Of a stretch of 64,000 bases of DNA, positions 12,692-25,427 are shown piece after piece. Under the pieces are notes generated by a model. The model made no database searches. It worked only from the letters and a program-made list of their open reading frames with translations, and was not told the DNA's origin. Numbering within the stretch: the first letter of the stretch is position 1; each line of letters begins with the position of its first letter. Source of the DNA: Carcharhinus longimanus (lineage: Eukaryota); contig JASCQW010000043.1 in the NCBI GenBank assembly GCA_030264375.1, positions 24,700,032-24,764,031 on the forward strand. Reading direction: 5' to 3'. A program made the translations under genes and the position numbers.

Positions 12692-12964
12692 GTGACCATA
12701 GCTCAAAGTGTTAAATTATTGTCTACATTTTTAATTATTAAAACAACTTTTCCTGTAATATATGGTTGCTTACAGTTTTGACAGTTTTGCATTTTATTTT
12801 AATTTTATTACAGAGTAGGTTAAAAAGACATCTTTGTTTGTATGTTTTTGGAAGGATCTAGAAGTGAGCTCTCAGATTAGTCAATCTGTGCTTTTGAGAT
12901 GGGAAAATAAACTTTTTTTTACTTGATTCCACTATCCTAAGTAATTGTTTTGTTTCTTTCACAG

Positions 12965-13077
12965 GTAAAATCCCAGATGAAGCCAAAGCTGTGTCCCTTT
13001 TGGCTCCTGCCACTTCTACAGGATTGATATCTGGTGCAGGATTGCTCCCAGTCCCAACTTCAAACCCCCTTACTTCC
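12965..13077 (+). CDS. SREK1: SREK1 coding exon 3
   Basis: ttctttcacag| ... TCC|gtatgt. 113 bp, phase 1 to 0. GKIPDEAKAVSLLAPATSTGLISGAGLLPVPTSNPLTS. Confidence 0.93.
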
Positions 13078-13543
13078 GTATGTGACATTGTAACATCTGA
13101 AGTGTCTATAAAACATTCCTTTCATATTTACACAGCATAAATATAATTGATAAGTGTGGTATATGAAATTAGAGCAGCAACTGGATGGTCAGGTAGTTTT
13201 CTTTATAAAATTCAGTATTAAACTGAATTTTAAGGGCAGCAGCATGTGAGGGGAATTAGTTGGTGACCATTGGAAGCAAAGAAATTGGCAGCCATTGGCT
13301 GAGTTGGAACAAGAAATGCAACGTGGTGGAATGAAAGGTGCACCTTGTCCTCAACAAATTAGAATTTGTATTGGAGAATGTGAATACAGGACCCTTCCCC
13401 ATTCCTCTTCACCCCATCATTGTCCATGCTCCAGAACTCACTGNNNNNNNNNNNNNNNNNNNNNNNNNNNNNNNNNNNNNNNNNNNNNNNNNNNNNNNNN
13501 NNNNNNNNNNNNNNNNNNNNNNNNNNNNNNNNNNNNNNNNNNN

Positions 13544-13686
13544 GCCTCTCCACCTCTATCCTATCCATCCCATTCAACATCTTATACGTCTCAATGAGAT
13601 CTCCCCTCATTCTTCTAAACGCTAATGAGTACAAGCCTAGATTATTCAGCCTCTCCTCATAGTTCAACCCCCTCAACTCCGGAGGC
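13544..13686 (-). mobile_element. CR1 ORF2 C-terminal fragment next to a gap
   Basis: ELRGLNYEERLNNLGLYSLAFRRMRGDLIETYKML. Confidence 0.85.
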
Positions 13687-13910
13687 TTTGAGGCTTTCAT
13701 TCAACCCACATCTTGGAGTAAGCTTGTGGTCACCTCTGCTAATAGTTTCCTTGCTCAGCTCGGTGTTGATTTTCACTTGTAAGTTCATTCAATGAGTGTA
13801 CGTTCAGAATGGTAGGATGCAGCATGTTTTGAAACAGACAGTTGATCTAAAATTGTTTAGTTCAATGAAAAAATTTTGCTGACTAATTCCGAAATTACAT
13901 TTTTTGACAG

Positions 13911-14117
13911 ATTACTACAGTTGATGCAGTTGCAAGTACAATGGGAGCTGTTGTTGGTTCTGTCCCTTTTACTACACTGGGAGCACTGCAAGCGGGACTT
14001 GATCCTACCCTCACAGCATTAGGAATAAACTCTCAACCTCCAACAATGGGAAATGTGGACCCTTCCAAGATTGAAGAAATCAGAAGAACCATTTATGTTG
14101 GAAACTTGAACTCACAG
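13911..14117 (+). CDS. SREK1: SREK1 coding exon 4 (linker and RNP2 of RRM2)
   Basis: tttttgacag| ... CAG|gtaact. 207 bp, phase 0-0. Ends GNVDPSKIEEIRRTIYVGNLNSQ; the second RRM distinguishes SREK1 from SRSF11. Confidence 0.92.
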
Positions 14118-14489
14118 GTAACTTGTTTAATTGATTTATATTGATAAAACTGTCAAGCTTTTAAATTCTCCCCTTCCTCTTAAAAATTATTTTTGCTACT
14201 GAGAATTTTAATGAACTCGTACAATGGTTTCCACATCTATATTGAAATTATGTACACCAATTGCTTGTTGCTATATGTTTGAAAATCACATGATTTGGCA
14301 CCCAATCTAAATTAGCCTCAAGAAAGGAAGAGTCCATGTCACAGAGATTGCTAGATCTTAGTTGGTCAGCAATAAGCGCCTTTGCTTTACCATGAAATTC
14401 AGGCCATTATCCTTTATGCTGTGTAATTGAGGATATTTACCTGGATTTGGGGAAAGCAGTTTAAAGGCATAGTTACAGAAATGTTTTTG

Positions 14490-14990
14490 GAAAGCTTCAA
14501 TATATACTCTATTCCTTTCTCAAGTGCATTTTTATTTAGCTTCCCCATATACGTATCTAGACTAGTTGCCTGAACCACTACTGTGATAGAGAAGTCCACA
14601 TCCTCACCACAGTTGATAAAGACGTTTCTTCCAAATTCTTTCTTGAATTTAGTAGTAACTATCTTATATTTATGATCCCTAGTTTTGTCTCCCCCCACAA
14701 GTGAAAATATTTTCAGTCAGCTTGTACTATCAAAACCTTTCATCATGCAATCATCTACGAAATCATCCCCTCAACCTGGAAAAAATGGCCTCAGCCTGTT
14801 CAGTGCTTCCTGATATGTATAACCGCTCAGTTCTGATATTCCAGTGAAGCATTTTCTACCTCTTCTCCAGTGCCTCAATTTTTTAATATAATGCAGAGAA
14901 CAGAACAGTTCACAATGTACCCAATTGTGATCTAACTGCAGTTCTGTACAACTTTGATTTATTTTTTAATTTGAGTCTTCTAGAAATCAA
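14490..14990 (-). mobile_element. Old decayed CR1 fragment
   Basis: GDKTRDHKYKI..FKKEFGRNVF resembles the CR1 ORF2 C-terminus. Confidence 0.6.
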
Positions 14991-15274
14991 TCCCATTCCT
15001 TTCTCTTTTTGATACCCCTATGAATCTGCTTTTAGTCATATGAATATACATGTGAACAGATTAATTAGGAACACTAGTCAACTGTTTGGTTGCTTGGGCC
15101 TGCTCATCATTTGATAAGATCATGGCTGATTGATTTGTGGCCTTCACTCCGCTTCCTTGCCTACCCTTTGACTCCTTTGTCAAAAGAAATAGTTGGTGCA
15201 TTTTTACTCCAGAGTGCTCTAATCCTGGTACCATATCATGTTTCCCAACCGGAATCCGTGGATGAACAGGGATT

Positions 15275-17440
15275 CCACTGACTGCTGAAGCCAGGTCTGA
15301 GGTGTTCAAGTCAGGCAACCCTATCCTATACAAGAAAGCCAGATACGACCTACAGAGATCCATCAAAGATGCCAAACGACAGTACCGGACCAAGCTAGAA
15401 TCCTAGGCTAGCCACATGCACTCCCGCCGACTAAGGCAAGGTCTCAAGACATAAGGTCTTACAAGATGAAGGCAGGTAAAATCGTCAACTCTAATGCACC
15501 CCTCCCTGATGAGCTCAACGCATTCAATGCCTGTTTTAAGCAAGAGGTTAGCGAGAGCACATCCTACATCTGGAAACCTCGGATGAACTGTATCAGAGAT
15601 TGCCATTGCCAACGTCAGAGCAACCTGCTCAAAAGTCAACCCATAGAAAGCAGCTGACCCAGATGGGTACCCAGACGAGCACTCGAGTCCTGCGCAGATA
15701 AGCTGGCGGAGGTATCTGCAGACGTCTTCAAGCTCTCGTTATAGCAATCGGAAGTCCCCACCTGCTTCAAGAAGACAACCATCATCCCGCTAGCAAAGAA
15801 AGTCCAGACAGCATGCCTTAATTACTATCATCCTGTGGCTCTGATATCTACCATTATGAAGTACTTTGAAAGATTAGTCATGGCGCAAATCAATTTCTGC
15901 TGCTCAGACTGCCTGGATCCATTACAGTTCACCTATTGCCTCAGCAGGCACACAGCAGCAGACACCATCACCCTGGAACAACTAGATAACAAAGGCACCT
16001 ATATTAGACTTCTATTCATACACTACAACTCAGCCTTTAACACCATTATTCCTAGACTCATCTCCATACTTCGTGGCCTGCGGCTCAGCTCCTCCCTCTG
16101 CAACTGGATCCTAGACTTCCTAACCCACAGACCGCAGTCAGTAAGGATGGACAACAATACCACCTCCATGATCATCCTCTATATTCGTGCTCCACAAGGA
16201 TGTGTTCTCCATCCCTCACCATATTCCTTATACACCTTTGACTGGCCAAATTCCTCAATTTTCAAGCTTGCTGATGACACTACGTTGTGGGTCTGATTTC
16301 AAACAATGAGAAGACATGGTAGAGGAAAGAGATTGAGAACCTGTGAACTGGTGTGGCAACAACGATCTCTCCCTCAATGTCAGCAAAACGAAGGAGGTAG
16401 TCATCGACTTCAGGAAACGTAGTGGAGGGTGTGCCCCTGTTTACATCACTGGAGATGAAGTAGAAATGGTCGAGAGCTTCAAACTTTTAGGTATGCAGAT
16501 CGCCAACAAACTGTTCCGGTCCCTCCACGCAGATGCTATAATTAAGAAAGGCCACCAACCCCTCTAAGGAAATTTGGCATGTCTGCTACAACTCTCAACT
16601 TCCACAAGTGCACCATAGAAAGCATTCTTTCCGGTTGTATCGCAGCTTCGTATGGCTCCTGCTCTGTCCAAAACCACAATAAACAACAAAGGGTCGTGAA
16701 CAAAACCCAGTCCATTTTGCAAACCAGCCTCCAACCCATTGACACTGTCTATACTCGCCGCTGCCTTGGAAAAGCAGCCGGCATAATCAAGGACCCTCCG
16801 CACCCCGGACATATCTCTACCATAAGAACATAAGAAATAGGAGCAGGAGTAGGCCATCTAGCCCTTCGAACCTGCCCCGCCATTCGATAAGATCATGGCT
16901 GATCTGAAGTTCCACTTTCCCGCTTTCTCTCCATAACCCTTAATTCCCTTGTCTATCAGAAACCTATCTACTCGAAACTTAAATATATTCAGCGAGGTAG
17001 CTGCCACCACTTCAATGGGCAGAGAATTCAAGAGATTCACCAACCTTTGNNNNNNNNNNNNNNNNNNNNNNNNNNNNNNNNNNNNNNNNNNNNNNNNNNN
17101 NNNNNNNNNNNNNNNNNNNNNNNNNNNNNNNNNNNNNNNNNNNNNNNNNCACAGTACTCCAGCTGCGGCCTCACCAGTACCCTGCACAGTTGCAGCAAGA
17201 CCTCCCTGCTTTTATATTCTATCCCCTTCGCTATAAAGGCCAACATTCCATTCGCCTTTTTTTACCACTTTCTTCCGTTGGGAAAAAGATACAAAAGTTT
17301 GAGGTCTCATACCAACCGACTCAAAAACAGCTTCTTCCGTGGTGCCAGCAGAGTTTTGAGTGAACCTATGTCTCATTAAGTTGATCTTTCTCTACAGCCT
17401 AGTTATGACCAAGCACCCTCCTTCTCTATGAGTGGTATGC
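15275..17440 (+). mobile_element. Rex1/Babar-type non-LTR retrotransposon, degenerate RT, interrupted by CR1
   Basis: Frameshifted RT motifs: VALISTIMKYFERLV, LDPLQF, LCNWILDFLTHRPQSVR, APQGCVL, KLADDTT, LSLNVSKTKEVVIDFRK, TNRLKNSFF. Confidence 0.85.
16822..17262 (-). mobile_element. Young 5'-truncated CR1 inserted in the Rex1 element (gap inside)
   Basis: [27 protein letters not shown], canonical tail at 16822. TACCA repeated at 16818 and 17263. Confidence 0.88.
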
Positions 17441-17822
17441 TTTGTGTCTCAATCCTTCTCTGTATTCACTGCCACACCTCTCTTCCCCTGCCCCCGCCAC
17501 CACCACCCCTTATTTCTGTGGCCAAAGATTTAGTATTGATCATTCATTCTGAAATTGTTGTTTGATTCCTGATTGTTTCTATGAATTGTGAATGTCACTG
17601 CTCCCAGTGCTGAGGCTTGAGTAATCTTCCTCAGCCTTGGAGCCAGCTCTGCTTACCCACACTCTAAGTCTACAGCACTTTTGTGCCAGTCCTCTGAAAC
17701 ACAGAACAGTTGAGCAATGCTCCAAATCCTGGACTGGGATTGCAGGATTATTGCTGAATGGGTGGGTGCATTCTTTTCTAACGGTGACAGTAATCATGTT
17801 ACTTTTGTTTTTTTCTTTGAAG

Positions 17823-18001
17823 ACTACTACAGCAGATCAGCTACTGGAATTTTTCAGCCAGGTGGGTGAGGTGAAGTTTGTACGTATGGCAGGAGATGAG
17901 ACACAGCCAACCCGATTTGCCTTCGTCGAATTTGCTGAGCAGTCTTCTGTACTACGAGCCTTGGCCTTCAATGGAGCCATGTTTGGGGACAGGCCTTTAA
18001 A
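17823..18001 (+). CDS. SREK1: SREK1 coding exon 5 (RRM2)
   Basis: ttttctttgaag| ... AA|gtaggt. 179 bp. TTTADQLLEFFSQVGEVKFVRMAGDETQPTRFAFVEFAEQSSVLRALAFNGAMFGDRPLK. Confidence 0.97.
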
Positions 18002-19009
18002 GTAGGTTTTTAGTTGTTTAGATTATTGATTTAAAATAAGAACCAGCTGTTTATCTGAAGTGTGTACTATAAACCCAGAAATAGAGCATCAAACGCTCAT
18101 TAACAGCTGTCTGTGAACTTACCACTTCATTTTTTATTACAGATAATACTCCTCCCTCCAGTATTATTTTCATCTTTTGTTGTGCTATAGAATGTTGGAT
18201 TTCAAATAAAAATTCCAAAGTGAATTTTACCCCCGTGTCTGAGAAAGCATTTATGAATATACAGTTTATGGCTTTAAGTTGGACAGATAGATTTAACAGG
18301 TATTGATTTAACATCTTGACTGAAAAGACACAATTTCCAACAAAGCAGCATTCTCCAGGAACAACTTCACATAATTGGAGTTGAACCCACAACCTTTGAG
18401 CCAAATGCAAGGATGTTTAGCTGGTTCTGCAGGGAAAATTTTGTACCTCTGGCACTAGTCTTGTTTAGGTTGATCTGGATATGTAGCATAAATTCCCTCA
18501 GCTGTGTCCCTGTGGCGCCAGCTTTTCACCAAGCCTAGTACAGAATATCTTGGAAGCAAATGGACTCTGAAATTTAATTTATCTCCTCCTATTCCCAAGT
18601 GTTGGATAGGTTCATCATAACAAAAGTGATTATGCTTCTATTTGGTGGGTTATGTTAGTTAATCATCTGTTTGTCTTCTACCTAGAAATACAATAACTGC
18701 ACAGCTAACCACTGGTCTTCGAGCATTTTGCTGTTTTTTGAAATGTAACTTTTAGGTCTTACCTTTGGGTAAAGTTGTGTGCTGTTGGCAAAATTCCACA
18801 ATCTTCCAAAAGGCCTGCTAATTGCCTCCATAATTATTTTAATTGGCTTCCTATTGTTGACAGGCAAGTTGCCATCATTGCTGTATACCTGTTTCCAACG
18901 TAAGTCAAGGAGGCAAGAGCATGTCGAGCAGACATTTTCCTGAAGGCTCAGAGCTGGAAAAATTTGCTTTGAGTTGGCTGGAAGATTCTCGAAAAGGATA
19001 ATTATTGAA

Positions 19010-19654
19010 ATAAGAACTAGGAGCAGGAGTAGGCCGTCTGGCCCCTCAAGCCTGCTCACCATTCAATAAGATCCTGGCTAATCTTTTCATGGACTGAGCT
19101 GCACTTGCTTGCCTGCTCACCAAAACCCTTAATTCCTGTTCAAAAATTCATCTATCCTTGCCTTAAAAACATTCAATGAGGCACCCTTAACTGTTCCACT
19201 GGGCAGGGAATTCCACAGATTCACAATCCTTTGTGTGAAGAAGATCCTCCTCAACTCAGTCCTACATCTACTTCCCCTTATTTTGAGGCTATGCCCCCTA
19301 GTTCTGGTTTCACCCACCAGTGAAAACAACTTCCCTGCTTCTATCTTATCTGTTGCCTTCATAGTCATGTATGTTTCTATAAGATCTCCCCTCATTCTTC
19401 TGAATTGCAATGAGTACAGCCCCAGTCTCCTCAGTCTCTCCTCATTAGCCAACCTCCTCAACTCCGGAATCAACCTAGTGAATCTCCTCAGCACCCCCTC
19501 CAGTGTCAGTATGTCCTTCCTCAAGTAAGGAGACCAAAACTGTACACAGTACTCCAGGTGTGGCCTCACCAGCACCGTATACAGCTGCAACATAACCTCG
19601 CTGTTTTTAAACTCCATCCCTCTAGCAATGAAGGACAAAATTCCATTTGCCTTC
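19010..19654 (-). mobile_element. CR1 LINE 3' portion
   Basis: 169-aa ORF with [21 protein letters not shown]...RRMRGDLIETY...FFTQRIVNLWNSLP, plus 3' tail. Confidence 0.92.
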
Positions 19655-20169
19655 NNNNNNNNNNNNNNNNNNNNNNNNNNNNNNNNNNNNNNNNNNNNNN
19701 NNNNNNNNNNNNNNNNNNNNNNNNNNNNNNNNNNNNNNNNNNNNNNNNNNNNNNNNNNNNNNNNNNNNNNNNNNNNNNNNNNNNNNNNNNNNNNNNNNNN
19801 NNNNNNNNNNNNNNNNNNNNNNNNNNNNNNNNNNNNNNNNNNNNNNNNNNNNNNNNNNNNNNNNNNNNNNNNNNNNNNNNNNNNNNNNNNNNNNNNNNNN
19901 NNNNNNNNNNNNNGGTAAGTATGTGGGATTACAGGGATAGGGCCTGGCTGGGATTGTTGTCAGTGCAGGCTTGATGGGCCAAATGGCCTCCCCTTATACT
20001 GTAGGAATTCTATGATTCTAAATCAGAAAGGAATGATAAAATTTACAAAAGCTTTACTCTGAGTTGACAGGGTGACTTTTAGGCCAGTAATTTACAAATA
20101 TGTCTTTCCAGAAGTGGCTTTGAATTCTTTGTTTGAAAGAATTTTTAAAAATGTATTTTTGGTGTTCAG

Positions 20170-20300
20170 GATCAATCATTCGAACAATGCAATTGTGAAG
20201 CCTCCTGAGATGACACCACAGGCGGCTGCCAAAGAGCTTGAAGAAGTGATGAAAAGAGTGAGAGAAGCCCAGTCCTTTATATCAGCAGTTATTGAACCAG
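20170..20300 (+). CDS. SREK1: SREK1 coding exon 6
   Basis: ggtgttcag| ... CCAG|gtataa. 131 bp, phase 2 to 1. INHSNNAIVKPPEMTPQAAAKELEEVMKRVREAQSFISAVIEP. Confidence 0.97.
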
Positions 20301-20994
20301 GTATAATAAATGAGTATAAGTAAGTAGACCTCTGGTTTTCATGATTGATATTTCATATTAAACATTTTATCCATAGTAACTGTTTAATGAATTATTTACT
20401 TAACTACCTTTCACTGACTGTGTTGGTATTTTGGTTCATGCTTTGGGCCAAAATTAATGCTGAAGTGCTATATGCTTCTCTTCCCATTCCTACAAGGAAA
20501 AATGATAGTCACTCAAGCTGGGAGTTCAAATCAGCCCTTAGGATAAATTTGATAATTAAATGTGCCAAAGTGAGGCAGTCACGAGGGAGTGTCATGAGCA
20601 GTTTGACAATCTGCATGTGGATATTTTCAATTTAAAATAAGGCTTTTTACCAGAACAAGTTAACCAAATTGTTAGTTTTATTTGCTGAGGAAAACATAAA
20701 TTAAATTTAATTACAGAAGAAACGGATGAGGTATTTGTCTTTTCAGTTTGTCGGTCATTTGCTATCTGAAGAACAATGTAAACAGCAGGAGACTTTTTTT
20801 TTAATATTTGCCCTTGGAAGCAAATTCCCAGGGCCAACATTTCTTGACCATCCCTGATTGCCTTTGAACAGATGTAGTGAGTGCTACCAGCTGCATGAGG
20901 TACAATCCAGTATTATGACATTTTAGTACATTCCCTGCTTTACATATTTTTAATCATATTTAAAGTGGGATATATATTCATAATACAATTTAAG

Positions 20995-21735
20995 TAACAT
21001 TTGTGGCACACAAGTACCAGGAAATGACTGTCTCCAACAAGAGAGAATCTAACCATCGCCTCTTGACCCTCAATACCATTACCATCCTCGGGTTTGCTAT
21101 TGACCAGAAATTGAACTGAACTAGCCAAATTAACACTGGCTACAAGAATAGTTCAGAGTCTAGGAGTCCTGCAGCAAATAGCTCACCTGACTCCCCAAAG
21201 TTTGCGCACAATCAGGTACAAGTCAGAAGTGTAATGGAATACTCTCTTATCTGGATGAGTGCAGCTGTAGCAACATTCCAGAAGCTTGACACCATTCAGG
21301 ACAAAGCAGCCCGTTTGACTGGCACCTCATCCACAAACATTCACTTCCTCTGACATCAACTAACAGTGATAGCAATGTGCATCATCTACAAGGTGCATTG
21401 TAAGAATTCACTAAAGCTCCTTAGATAGCACCGTCCATATCCACAACTGCTAAAATCTAGAGGAACAAAGACAGCAGACACACGAGAGCACCACTACTTG
21501 GAGGTTCCCCTCAAAATCACACACCATTTCTATTTGTAAATAAAGCACCGTTCCTCCACTGTTTATGGGCAAAATCCTGGAACTCCCTCCCTAATTGCAC
21601 TATGGATGCCCCTATACCATAGGGACTGCAATGGTTCAAGAAGGCAGTTCCCCATCATTTTTTCTGGGGCAGTTGGGGATGGGCAATAAATGCTGGCCTA
21701 GCCAGCGATGTATACATCCCATAAATGAATAGGGA
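20995..21735 (+). mobile_element. Older CR1-group LINE 3' portion (second family; related pieces at ~41518-41880 minus, ~42395-42770 plus, ~54670-54865 minus)
   Basis: Decayed QVRSVMEYS..W...LDTIQDKAARL coding, with tail gggcaataaatgctggcctagccagcgatg..catccc shared among copies. Confidence 0.7.
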
Positions 21736-21840
21736 AAAATATTCTAGATACATAAAAGGACCTGTATCAGTGCTGTTGATTCTATTTATTCTATGTAACT
21801 TGCTGACTATTACTCATTGTATTTTTTATATTTACTTAAG

Positions 21841-21931
21841 TTGGGGAAAAGGAAGATGAAGATAAAAACAGAAGATCACGATCCTATTCCCGATCACGAA
21901 AGAAAAGATCTCGTTCTAGTTCAAAGCAAAG
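21841..21931 (+). CDS. SREK1: SREK1 coding exon 7 (start of RS domain)
   Basis: tttacttaag| ... AAG|gtgagg. 91 bp, phase 1 to 2. VGEKEDEDKNRRSRSYSRSRKKRSRSSSKQR. Confidence 0.9.
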
Positions 21932-24664
21932 GTGAGGCATTATACAAAGTGTGCTTACCTCAGATGTTTACTTCAGATGTGGTTATTGGATATTTTATCA
22001 CCTGATGTATGCAGATGTTTGTTAAAACATAAATCCCCAAGTCATTTCTAATTATAGTAACCTAGAAAAATGAAGACCACGATTAATTTCCTTACCTAGC
22101 AATTAACTTATCAACTTTTTTCTTACTGTTATGTCTTGCATTGTGTCCATTTTTCAAAGGTCTGCTGCTTTTCAGTATATATTTATGATGCACTATTGTG
22201 CTGTGCCATTTTATTGCAATTTTCAATCTTTTTTTAAAGCGGAATGAATATAATATGTATGTGAAAGCCCGCATGCAATGAAAATTTAGGCATTTAGCAG
22301 TTAAAATATTGATTTAAGGCTAGGTAATGGTTAAGCAAATGTAATAATGCACTGACACATAGTTTCACATAAAATGCAAATGATTTGAAAAGGAACAACT
22401 TTTGACCAACAAGTGCAATCATAATTATGCTATAAGTTTCTGAGGAGAAGCAAAAATGCAAGTTTAAGATCTTGTAAAAGATAGAATTTGTATTGTGTCA
22501 ACATTTGACCTCGATATTGCCATTATTTTCTGAAAGCATCTATAACTATGTAAAGTGGTTTAGCACAAATATTTATTGGCATTTTATTTGAAGCTGTGTA
22601 CTGGGTTGAGCTTCTCCGCATTGAATCAGCAAGAATTGAAAATGCTGATCAGTATTGAACACTGAGACTGGCCACTGGATACTGTAGTTTTCTGGTGAGA
22701 AGTGGGATCTGAAATTGCAAAAATATAAACTTAAAACTCTGTCCTCTGATAATTATTTGAAGTTTGCAGAGACCAAAATCAGCCAGGATTCAATTTAATC
22801 AAATCTTGCACTGTTCAAATAGTTGGATTTTAATATTTTGATTTATTTTCAGATAAAGGCAGAGGAATAATCATATTACGCATTCTGATTAATCCAAAAT
22901 AAGTAATCATTTTATATCAGACATTCAACATATAAAAATCGTATCCATTATTTTCATAGTTTTTTTTTAAGCTGACTGGTTTACACAGGGAAACACTGGG
23001 CAGAGGGCTGGGCTGGGAAATGGCATACTTGTATCTGACTAGTTTTGGTTACCATGTATCCATACAACTTACAAATGCTTCTTTTCAGTACTTAAATTGT
23101 TGTCCTATTTTGTACCTGTAATTCGAAAAGCCTCCCTCTTGAAAAAGTGATTGTGATGACGAATTTCAAAACTGTTGTCTATTATTTTGGTTTTTAGTAT
23201 CATCTTGGTAGATTTCCTAATATCTGTGACATTAAAGAAACATTACTTCCTGGCCCCTTTACAAAATTTGAGTATTATGTTTAATGAATACTGCCTCATT
23301 TCTCACTGATCTTTCTGTGATGAACCCTGAATGAAGATTTGCATTTTTACAAAATTGAAAAAGTTAAAGATCTGTTTTGTACAGCATTCCTCTAATTGGT
23401 AAATAATAAATTAGCCTGCCATTTTGTGGTATTTTCTTTCCCCTAACTGCAGCTGGAAGTAACTTGCTGAAACATGATACTCAGTGAGTACGATGGCGTT
23501 ATGCAGGCTACCTCCATGAACTCAGAATGGCTGATCTGATGATACATGTGAGAGAAATTACAGGTTTTTGCTTGTCTTTCTTTTCAAGATCTTGAATTAG
23601 CCACAGTAAGAGTGACATAACTGCACTGTCTGAAACTTCCAAATTCCATTGATAGTAATTTTACTATGTAAGTTTCTAAAGCGAGTTTAAAATAACAAGT
23701 TGGAGAGAAAATGTAGAAGAATCTGGTAAAAGCAGATAAAAAAATAACAACTAGATTAATAAATATTAGTAAATGGCTTACAGGGGAGTTTCAGTAGCAA
23801 GCCATTGAATATGGAATTTGTCCCAGAAAATGATTACTCTTGATCGAATGTTATAGCAATAAGTATGAATGAAACATGTCATTTGGAGATTGGATGGCTT
23901 GGTTTGAATAGCAGCAATGAAGATTTAAATGGTGGTTGTGGAGTTTGTCTGCATGCTTTCTAAGACTTAAGGAGATTGTTCCCAAGAGCTGTATTTTGGA
24001 TGACTGAATGAATTGGGTGCAGTCCACTGTGAAGTAGATTTTGCATTTTTTGTGGAAGGGTTGATGGTATAAATGGTGTCTCTGTCTGCTTCTCTTTGTC
24101 TCTCTTTTTACTTTCTTCTATTTTCTTAGCAATTAGCATCAAATATCTCGTGTGTATTGAGTATGCACTTCTAATAACTGGGATAAATTCAATTTTCAGT
24201 GACTTACTAATCAATATTTTGTTTATATCTCAAATGTTTTGGTTATAAAATACAAAAACAAGTCACTTATTTTAGTTGGTAGACACTGCTTGTTTTTATA
24301 TGAAACCAATTATATCACTCAGATTTGATTTATTTTGAAAATCCTGTTTCAGGGTAGCAGTGTCACAATGAAGAGAGCCCAGTGATACACTTGATTTCAA
24401 TCTCGAATAGTAACCATCCTGTTTTCCTGTTGTAGCATTTAGACACTCCTTTAAATTAAACCAGTATCCTCCCCTCAACCACCTCTGTAAATATCAGTTT
24501 TCTGTTTTGTGTATTCACTTCTATTCTAAACATCTCCTTTACAAGCATGAATGGATGGTTTCTTATCCTGGAATATAAAAATATTAATTTGAGTTCACTT
24601 TTCTCAATCCTGTAGGTATTTTCTTTGTTGTTTGTTCTTCATATGTGGGTGACAGTGTCAAAGT

Positions 24665-24962
24665 CGCACAGTGGCACTGTGGTTAGCACTACTGCCTCAC
24701 AGCGCCAGGGACCCAGCATCGATTCCTGGCTTGGGTCACTATCTGTGTGGAGTCCGCACATTTTCCCTGTGTCTGCATGAGTTTCTTCCGGGTGCTTCAG
24801 TTTCCTCTCATGGTCCAAAAGACGTGCTGGATAGTTACATTCGCCATACTAAATTTTCCGTCTGTGTGTCTGGACAGGTGCTGTAGTGTGGCAACTAGAG
24901 GATTTTCACAGTAACTTCATTGCAGTGTTAATGTAAGCCTACTTATGACACTAATAAAAATA
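24665..24962 (+). mobile_element. HE1/V-SINE-type tRNA-derived SINE, 'acagtaacttcattgcagtg...aataaa' tail variant
   Basis: A-box-like gtggcactgtggttagc, B-box-like tcgattcc, V-domain gtggagtccgcacattttccctgtgtctgc. Confidence 0.85.
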
Positions 24963-25427
24963 AAGTAATTTTAAAAAGCAGCATTTATTGCCTGGCTCTT
25001 GTTGTCCTGAGGGCATTAAGAATAAGCATCATAGTACAAGACTGAGGTCATTTAGGCTAGACTATGTGGGAATGCCAAATTATAGTCACTGAAGGAAGTT
25101 ATTAAGTATTGAATTCAGTTTCACAACTTGGCAGGATTTAAACTCAGCCTGTGCATTGCTAATTCTGTGCCATAGCCACAAAACTACCATACTTACACCA
25201 GGTTCATTCTGAAACAGCTGTTCTTGAGCTGAAGATCTCTGGCTTTTCAAAGCATTTGACCTAAATTATCTGCTTATATTAAGATAATGTTTTTTTTTTG
25301 CATTGTCTTTGCAGCTTGGATGGTTCCTCAAATAGTGGAGACTAAAATGCATTCAGTATTCTTGACCTTGGCCTGGAACATTGAGTACCCAGGTCACCAC
25401 AATAGATTCAACGTGATTTCTGGGGGA

